A DNA stretch of 37,564 nucleotides from Candidatus Pacearchaeota archaeon. GTDB lineage: Archaea; Nanobdellota; Nanobdellia; Pacearchaeales; GW2011-AR1. Made by a program: the position numbers and the translations under genes. Every line of letters starts with the position of its first letter. Within the stretch, counting starts at the first letter, position 1. The stretch is taken from assembly GCA_041679005.1 (NCBI GenBank), contig JBAYNB010000001.1, positions 1-37,564 on the forward strand, read 5' to 3'. The notes under the pieces were generated by a model. It was given only the letters and a program-made list of their open reading frames with translations. It was not told the origin of the DNA and searched no databases. Positions 18,210-23,891 of the stretch are shown in pieces.

Positions 18210-18253
18210 AAAATTTTATTTCTTGAGAGATATATAAATCCTTTGAAACATTC

Positions 18254-19438
18254 TCACAATCCCAACTTCTCAATAAACTTTTGTTTGTTAAATAATTCTA
18301 ATTTGTCGTATTCTTGACCTGTGCCTAAGTAAAATATTGGTTTTTTTGTTGTATGACTTATAGAGATTATTGTACCGCCTTTTTCATCAATATCTGCTTT
18401 GCTTAGTATTGAACCATCAATTTCAATCATTTCATTAAATGATTTTGCTTGTTCTACTGCATCATTGCCTGCAATAGATTCTGCTACGAATATTTTTAGG
18501 TCTGGATTTGTAACTCTACATATTTTTTTCATTTCTGCTAATAAATTTGATTTTGTGTGCATTCTTCCTGCTGTATCAATTAAAACAACATTTATCTTGT
18601 GTTTTTCTGCATATTTTATTGCATCAAAACCTACTGCTGAGGGGTCAGAACCATAATCATGTTTAACTAAAGGGACTTTTAATTTGTCTGCATGAATTTG
18701 TAATTGTTCTATTGAGGCTGCTCTGAATGTGTCTGCTGCTGCAAGAACTACAGAGATATTATTTCTCTTTAATAAATGAGTGAGTTTTGCAATACTTGTT
18801 GTTTTCCCTGTCCCATTTATTCCAAAAAAAAGAATTACAAACGGTTTTCCTTCTGCTTTTTTTAATTTAATTATATCTAATGGGTCATCTGGGTCGATGA
18901 TTATCTCATTTAAAGTATTTTTTAGTTCTGTTTTAATTTCTTTTTCTAAATCTGATTTTTTAATCTCTTTTCCGATGAGTTTTTCTGAAAGTTTTTTTCT
19001 AATATCTTCAACAACTTCTAAAGCCACATTATTTTCAAGTAAAAGCATCTCCAAATCATCAAATAGTTCATTAAATGAATCTTCTGTTATTTTATAGGTA
19101 AAGCTCGATTTTAGTCTTGAAAAAAAACCTTTTTTGCTTTTTTCTTCTTCTATCTGGTCTTTAACCTCTTCAATTTCCTTTTCTATTTCTTCAACTTTTT
19201 CTTGGGTTTCTTTTATCTCTTCTTCAGCTTGTTTTTTCTTCTTAGGAACTTCTTGAGGAATCTCTTCTTCAATTCCTTTCATATTTTTTTTATTTTTAAT
19301 CTTGGTTTTCTTTTCTTTCTTTGCTTTAGTTGGCTTTTTAGGTTTAATCTTTTTTTCTTGTTTCTCTTCTTCTGAGCTGAATTTTTCTTTTGTTGCTTTT
19401 AACCAACTACCAAGTTTTTCTTTTAATTTTCCGAACAT
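18254..19438 (-). CDS. ftsY: SRP receptor FtsY
   Basis: K/E-rich acidic-basic N-terminus followed by an NG domain with GINGTGKTT, DTAGR and SKAD. Confidence 0.9.
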   Translation of the reverse strand: MFGKLKEKLGSWLKATKEKFSSEEEKQEKKIKPKKPTKAKKEKKTKIKNKKNMKGIEEEIPQEVPKKKKQAEEEIKETQEKVEEIEKEIEEVKDQIEEEKSKKGFFSRLKSSFTYKITEDSFNELFDDLEMLLLENNVALEVVEDIRKKLSEKLIGKEIKKSDLEKEIKTELKNTLNEIIIDPDDPLDIIKLKKAEGKPFVILFFGINGTGKTTSIAKLTHLLKRNNISVVLAAADTFRAASIEQLQIHADKLKVPLVKHDYGSDPSAVGFDAIKYAEKHKINVVLIDTAGRMHTKSNLLAEMKKICRVTNPDLKIFVAESIAGNDAVEQAKSFNEMIEIDGSILSKADIDEKGGTIISISHTTKKPIFYLGTGQEYDKLELFNKQKFIEKLGL

Positions 19439-19460
19439 GATAATATTAAGGGCATTAACA

Positions 19461-19468
19461 TTTATAAA
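19461..19468. promoter_or_regulatory. Palindromic TATA box TTTATAAA shared by divergent ftsY and histidine-phosphatase genes
   Basis: It lies 22 nt from the ftsY ATG (19438) and 21 nt from the ATG at 19490. The whole intergenic region is 51 nt. Confidence 0.6.
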
Positions 19469-19489
19469 TCTGACCTACTTCTTTAACTT

Positions 19490-20065
19490 ATGAGGTGTTA
19501 TATTTATTTGTTTAGGCACGGTGTTACTCCTGATAATGCTGAAGGTATTTTTTGCGGATGGAGAAATGTAGGATTAAATAAGAAAGGAATTAGAGATGCA
19601 AAAATAGTTTCTTTAAGGTTAAAAAACAAGAAGATTGGATTGGCATTTGAGAGTAGTCTTTTAAGAAGCAAACAGACTTTAAAGGAAGTTCTTAAATTTC
19701 ATCCAGAATGTAAGGAAATTATAGAAGACGATAGGATTATTGAAAGAAGATATGGGAATCTTCAGGGAAAAACTCACTTAAATATTGTTGAAAATCAGGG
19801 ATACCGAAAATATGATTTATGGCATAGGGGGTATGAAAATAGACCTCCTGGTGGAGAAAGTTTAAAAGATGTTGAAAAAAGAGTAATGAGTTTTATAAAA
19901 GATTTGCTTAGAATTATGAAAAAGAAAAAAATTAATATTGCAATATCTGCACATGGAAACTCTATGAGGGCATTTAGAAAATATTTTGAAAAACTGTCTG
20001 TAAAAGAAATGTGTGTTTTGTATAATGATTATGAAGTTGTTTTTGAGTATCCTGTGAATGTCTAA
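19490..20065 (+). CDS. Histidine phosphatase family protein (phosphoglycerate mutase-like)
   Basis: N-terminal RHG motif (YLFRHGVTPDN) and distal SAHGNSMRA motif. Confidence 0.75.
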   Translation: MRCYIYLFRHGVTPDNAEGIFCGWRNVGLNKKGIRDAKIVSLRLKNKKIGLAFESSLLRSKQTLKEVLKFHPECKEIIEDDRIIERRYGNLQGKTHLNIVENQGYRKYDLWHRGYENRPPGGESLKDVEKRVMSFIKDLLRIMKKKKINIAISAHGNSMRAFRKYFEKLSVKEMCVLYNDYEVVFEYPVNV

Positions 20066-20145
20066 TTATAGAAAAGACTTTTTTAGAGAACAATAAAGGT
20101 TATAAATGAAAATCGATTTTTGATTTTACCTAAAAGGATGGTAAA

Positions 20146-20278
20146 ATGATAACCTATAATGAAACAGCCTTTCTTTGGGAAAGAAATCCTAGGGAAAGAA
20201 TAACTTTTCTGAGAAAAGTTAAGTCAAAAGCATTTCATTATAGGTCTAATAATAAATAACATGATAACCTATAATGAA
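20146..20278 (+). repeat. 18-nt perfect direct repeat (atgataacctataatgaa at 20146-20163 and 20261-20278) bracketing a 97-nt hairpin-rich segment
   Basis: Read directly. The insert holds hairpins at 20170-20186 and 20201-20221, and a 9-nt direct repeat gggaaagaa at 20177 and 20192. Confidence 0.85.
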
Positions 20279-20827
20279 CTATATGATGCATTAAGAAAAG
20301 AAAGATATTCTGAACAATTGCAGTTTATACCTAAAAGTTTTATGAAAGATGTTGCAATATATCTTCAGGATAAGAAAGAGATTGCAAGCAAAGAAAATGA
20401 TGATTTTTCTGATGCTATCTTGAAAACTAAGAAACAATTTGAAAATTCAATTGCTATTTTTAAGGAATTGATGCTTAGAAGAAAGAAAAAAATTTTAGAA
20501 CTTGCTTTTATTGCTACTGAAACAGGAATAAGCAAAAGAGACTTTGAAAATATGCTTGCTGTTGAAAAGGAGTGTTTTGATGAAATTATGAAAACACTTG
20601 AAAAAGAAGATAAAAAGATTGCTAAGGCCCTTAAGGGTGTAGATGATGGTGATGAAGAAATGCCTAAAAATAAAATGGTTGTCTTTATAGCAGATGCTGA
20701 TGAGTTCTTAGATTTAGATGGAAATAAATTAGGTCCTTTTAAAAAAGGAGATGTTGCAAACCTCTCTCAGGAAATTGCAAATATCCTTGTTATTGATAAA
20801 AAAGCTGATTTAATTGAAGAGGAATGA
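20261..20827 (+). CDS. GINS complex subunit, Gins51-like
   Basis: N-terminal A-domain pattern (YNELYDALRKERYSEQLQFIPKSFMKDV...) and C-terminal B-domain pattern (VVFIADADEFLDLDGNKLGPFKKGDVANLSQEIANILV), as I recall for archaeal GINS51. Confidence 0.6.
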   Translation: MITYNELYDALRKERYSEQLQFIPKSFMKDVAIYLQDKKEIASKENDDFSDAILKTKKQFENSIAIFKELMLRRKKKILELAFIATETGISKRDFENMLAVEKECFDEIMKTLEKEDKKIAKALKGVDDGDEEMPKNKMVVFIADADEFLDLDGNKLGPFKKGDVANLSQEIANILVIDKKADLIEEE

Positions 20828-21015
20828 TGGTATGCAAAAATTTTTATGAGGGGTGTAAGTATTATTCTCCTTTGTCTAATACTTGTGAAAATAATTCAAA
20901 TGCAGAGGGTTATTGTGGTAAATATGAATCTTTTGGTATTTTTAGAGATATTCAAAATTTTTTTGAAGGGATTGTTGAGAATATATTTGGATTAGAGTCT
21001 CTTTTTGAAGAATGA
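20824..21015 (+). CDS. Small 4-Cys protein (63 aa), paralog of 17696-17875
   Basis: ATGA overlap with the GINS-like stop codon. Sequence begins MMVCKNFYEGCKYYSPLSNTCENNSNAEGYCGKYE... Confidence 0.55.
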   Translation: MMVCKNFYEGCKYYSPLSNTCENNSNAEGYCGKYESFGIFRDIQNFFEGIVENIFGLESLFEE

Positions 21016-21032
21016 TTTTAATATCCTTTAAG

Positions 21033-21268
21033 ACCAAAATAGCAAGGCTATTTTTTGTGATTCAAACCCATAGAGCATTAGAATTCTTCTAGAATTAAAT
21101 TATACTGCTTCGCAGTATAAATAAAAAGCCTCCAGAGGCTCAGAAAATCAAGATTTTCTGATACCAAAATAGCAAGGCTATTCTTTGTGATTCAAACCCA
21201 TAGAGCATTAGAATTCTTCTAGAATTAAATTATACTGCTTCGCAGTATAAATAAAAAGCCTCCAGAGG
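21033..21268. repeat. Two 106-nt direct repeats (21033-21138 and 21163-21268, 1 mismatch) separated by a 24-nt hairpin. The right copy overlaps the last 12 nt of tRNA-Thr.
   Basis: Aligned by eye. The only difference is t21053 versus c21183. The spacer contains cagaaaatc/gattttctg. Confidence 0.9.
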
Positions 21269-21328
21269 GATTCAAACCCCCGACCCCCTGTTTACAAAAC
21301 AGATGCTCTATCACTGAGCTATGGAGGC
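21257..21328 (-). tRNA. tRNA-Thr (anticodon UGU), 72 nt, no intron, no CCA
   Basis: Hand-folded sequence: GCCTCCA-TA-GCTC-AGTGATA-GAGC-A-TCTGT-TTTGTAA-ACAGG-GGGTC-GGGGG-TTTGAAT-CCCTC-TGGAGGC-T. The U73 discriminator fits Thr. The D-loop and T-loop are atypical (no GG; U at position 56). Confidence 0.8.
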
Positions 21329-21351
21329 ACATTTTAGTTAGATAATGTGCG

Positions 21352-21359
21352 TTTAAAAG
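21352..21359 (-). promoter_or_regulatory. TATA box (sense CTTTTAAA), 23 nt upstream of the tRNA-Thr 5' end
   Basis: Spacing rule. Confidence 0.5.
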
Positions 21360-21367
21360 GATTTTGA

Positions 21368-21904
21368 TTACTTCCAGATTGTTCTTTCTATTTGTTTTTT
21401 ATCTGTTGTTATTGGATAAATTAATTCAGAAAGTTGGTCTGGAGTAAACCAAAGTTTTATTTCTCTTTCTGCTGATTCTTTAGAATCTGAAGCATGAACA
21501 ACATTTTCAAAAACTCCTGTTTTACTGCTTATTCGTCCATATTTTCCTCTTATTGAAATAGGCTCTGCATCTTCAGGATTTGTTTTTCCAATTATATCTC
21601 TAATTTTTGCAATTGCATTTTCCCCTTGGTAAACTAATACCATTACTCTATCAGTATGATATTTTCCCATAATGTAATTAACTGTGTTTTCAAAAATTTG
21701 TGTCCCTTTTTGTTCACCATGTTTTTTAATTTGACTTGGTTTTAATTCTGAATAATGTTTTTCTGCAAGTTCTCTTGAAACTTTAAGGACTCTTGCTCCA
21801 ACAATTTTTAATTTAGTTTCAGAAAGTGTAGAAATTATATTTCCAGTTAAACTTTTAATAAGTCCGTCTGGTTTAATTATTACAAGACATTGTTCAACTG
21901 CCAT
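21368..21904 (-). CDS. ndk: Nucleoside diphosphate kinase
   Basis: LVIIKPDG, catalytic-His region NVVHASDS and LWF. It starts 7 nt downstream of the S3Ae stop. Confidence 0.85.
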   Translation of the reverse strand: MAVEQCLVIIKPDGLIKSLTGNIISTLSETKLKIVGARVLKVSRELAEKHYSELKPSQIKKHGEQKGTQIFENTVNYIMGKYHTDRVMVLVYQGENAIAKIRDIIGKTNPEDAEPISIRGKYGRISSKTGVFENVVHASDSKESAEREIKLWFTPDQLSELIYPITTDKKQIERTIWK

Positions 21905-21911
21905 GTGGTTT

Positions 21912-22775
21912 TTACTCTTTTTCCTCTTCTTTAGTTTTCTTTGATTTTCTTGTTTTTTTTGTAGAAATTTCTTCTTTTTCTTTAGTACCTAAAGAACCAA
22001 GGTTCTTTGAGGTTTCAATCTCTTGTAATGATTCTTCTTCAGCAGTTTCTTTGCCTTTTTCAACTTTTAATGCCCTCTCTTGAGTCTTTTCTATTTCTTT
22101 TTCTGCTTTTTTCTTTTTTTCTGCTTCTATTTCTGCTATTTGGTCAATTATTTCTTCTTCTAATGGTTTTGCTTGACTTTCAATTTCTTTTCTTATTTTT
22201 ATCGCTGGGATTTCTTCTTGTTTCAATGACCTTACAATCTCAAAAACTCTTATTTCACAAAGTGAAAGAGGATATGTTTTCTTTAAAATTAAAGATAGAG
22301 TTCTTTGCATTTTGTTTGTAAGAATATCATTGAAAAGTTCATCATCTCTTCTTTGAGATACATAGTCTTCAATCCAGTTTTTGCATCTGTTTCTTAGAGC
22401 TTTTCTTACTGCCTTTGAAACTTTTTTTCTTGTTATTAAAAATGGTTTAACTCTCATTAAACTTTCTTGAGAGGGTGTTTCGAAAGAATCTTCAATATAA
22501 CTAATTCTTTTTCTAATCATTCTTCTTATAAAATAAGGCATTAATTTTATTTTATGAGGATAAGCTACTGCTTTATTGTCTTCTATTCTCACTTTTACAA
22601 TCGCTTCAACTGATTTTCCTTTTAATTGTCTTGTTAAATCAAGGTTTATTGTTTTATCTTTTAATTCTCCAACAGTCTCTCCAATTAATTCTATTTTTGT
22701 GTTCACTAGAGGGATTTCAACTGAATGAAATTTTTTCTTTTTTATGATAACTTTTGCTGTTTTTTGTTCTGCCAT
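21912..22775 (-). CDS. rps3ae: 30S ribosomal protein S3Ae (eS1) with a K/E-rich C-terminal extension
   Basis: KKKKFHSVEIPLVNTKIELIG..., IRRMIRKRISYIED, VKPFLITRKKVSKAVRKALR and CEIRVFEIV. Its start shares 1 nt with the L44e stop (TAATG). Confidence 0.75.
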   Translation of the reverse strand: MAEQKTAKVIIKKKKFHSVEIPLVNTKIELIGETVGELKDKTINLDLTRQLKGKSVEAIVKVRIEDNKAVAYPHKIKLMPYFIRRMIRKRISYIEDSFETPSQESLMRVKPFLITRKKVSKAVRKALRNRCKNWIEDYVSQRRDDELFNDILTNKMQRTLSLILKKTYPLSLCEIRVFEIVRSLKQEEIPAIKIRKEIESQAKPLEEEIIDQIAEIEAEKKKKAEKEIEKTQERALKVEKGKETAEEESLQEIETSKNLGSLGTKEKEEISTKKTRKSKKTKEEEKE

Positions 22776-23083
22776 TATTCTATTACTAGTTTACTTACTC
22801 TCCTCCCTTTTTTAGCTTGTTTAGACTTTTTACATTCTTGACAAGTATAAATTACTAATTTTTTTGTTGTTGCTTTTGTTTTTCTTTTCCATGATTTTAC
22901 TGCAGGTTTACTATATTTTCCTTTGTTTCCTTTTCCTGGATAAGAGTGTCTTAATTTTGCTCTTGAGATAGAGCCTCGTTTTAATGTTCCTCTCTTGTGT
23001 CCTGTACTTACTAAATCTATTTTTTGTTCAGTTCTTTTTTTGCAAAAAGGACAAAATCTTTTAGTTTTTTTTGGTAATTTCAT
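22775..23083 (-). CDS. rpl44e: 50S ribosomal protein L44e (eL42)
   Basis: MKLPKKTKRFCPFCKKRTEQK...YTCQECKK gives a C4 zinc ribbon with basic composition. The track start at 23116 is TTG; I prefer the ATG at 23083. Confidence 0.8.
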   Translation of the reverse strand: MKLPKKTKRFCPFCKKRTEQKIDLVSTGHKRGTLKRGSISRAKLRHSYPGKGNKGKYSKPAVKSWKRKTKATTKKLVIYTCQECKKSKQAKKGRRVSKLVIE

Positions 23084-23277
23084 ATTCACAGGAAAACTAA
23101 GTTTTCCTCCAAGCAACCTTTCTCAGTTAGCAATTCATTCTGAATTGAAACTAAAATATTCTATATTTTAGGATGCTAAGCAGTAAACTCAGCTTAATAA
23201 TAACTTATTGAAAATTGTGTTTTTAAATGTTATGGTGTCGCACTTAAATTTAAATATCTTGTATTTTTTATCTTGCA

Positions 23278-23553
23278 ATGCGAGTTAAATTTAAATCTGG
23301 AGAACAAAGGAAGTTTTTAAATTTGGTTGTAAGTAAGTTAAATTGTGTCTCTGTCAGAGGGATTTTGCAGTTTGGGTTTGATATTTCTTATTCAAGTCTT
23401 AAAAATTATTATACTGAAAGGAGATTATTGCCTAAATCTTTTTTTGATGATTTGTGTCATCTTTCTAAACTAAATCCTAAGAGTTTTAATGTTAAATATC
23501 TTCAGGATAATTGGGGGAGAGTTAAAGGTGGAAAGAAAGGGCGCATAAGCTAG
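23278..23553 (+). CDS. Hypothetical 91-aa protein, possibly an N-terminal fragment of a larger (homing-endonuclease-like?) gene. Its last 15 nt overlap tRNA-Val.
   Basis: ATG start 21 nt after a TATA box (tttaaata, 23249-23256). The ...LLPKSFFDDLCHLSKL...NWGRVKGGKKG pattern resembles N-termini of LAGLIDADG-type proteins in CPR/DPANN genomes, as I recall them (unverified). The stop codon TAG lies inside the tRNA D-arm. Confidence 0.45.
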   Translation: MRVKFKSGEQRKFLNLVVSKLNCVSVRGILQFGFDISYSSLKNYYTERRLLPKSFFDDLCHLSKLNPKSFNVKYLQDNWGRVKGGKKGRIS

Positions 23554-23609
23554 CGGTAAACTGCATCCTTGACGTGGATGATTCCCAAGTTCAACTCTTG
23601 GTGTGCCCA
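23539..23609 (+). tRNA. tRNA-Val (anticodon GAC), 71 nt, no intron, no CCA
   Basis: Hand-folded sequence: GGGCGCA-TA-AGCT-AGCGGTA-AACT-G-CATCC-TTGACGT-GGATG-ATTC-CCAAG-TTCAACT-CTTGG-TGTGCCC-A. There is one C12/A23 mismatch in the D stem. Confidence 0.8.
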
Positions 23610-23753
23610 TATTTTATCTCTTTATTATTTTCTCTTACTAACTTACTAAGTAACTAAGTTACTTAATTAATAAGAAAGATTTATATATGAAAGTATTTTA
23701 TTTAATCTAATTATAGTCTGGGGAAGAGGGGGAAATAAGGAAAAAAGGGATAT

Positions 23754-23891
23754 ATGAAAAAATACTTGCTTTTAGTTGAGGATGAAAAAATTTGGGAGAA
23801 ATTTAAAGAGATGACTGAGAAAGATATTAATAGCGAGATTATTGAGTTAATAAAAGAAAAAGTTAAAAAAGGGAGTAAAAATGAAAAATAA
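23754..23891 (+). CDS. Small ribbon-helix-helix (CopG/Arc-like) protein, 45 aa
   Basis: Not in the ORF track. My translation is MKKYLLLVEDEKIWEKFKEMTEKDINSEIIELIKEKVKKGSKNEK, with a beta-strand plus two-helix pattern. It overlaps the next gene's start by 11 nt. Confidence 0.5.
   Translation: MKKYLLLVEDEKIWEKFKEMTEKDINSEIIELIKEKVKKGSKNEK

Noticed and set aside
21057-21076. A tRNA-like fragment (sense GGGTTTGAATC, resembling the tRNA-Thr T-arm) inside each 106-nt repeat might be a split, permuted or pseudo tRNA.
   Set aside because: I could not fold a cloverleaf or even a paired T-stem around it on either strand. The adjacent ATAGAGCAT match to the tRNA D-arm is on the opposite strand. I treat it as a shared motif only.
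21033-21268. The direct repeats next to tRNA-Thr might be a CRISPR array.
   Set aside because: There are only two copies. The repeat is 106 nt, far longer than CRISPR repeats, and the 'spacer' is 24 nt. No cas genes are present, and the repeat overlaps a tRNA 3' end.
21257-21328. I first read this tRNA as Tyr (GUA).
   Set aside because: Recounting the anticodon arm (TCTGT-TTTGTAA-ACAGG) puts UGU at positions 34-36. The U73 discriminator also fits Thr.
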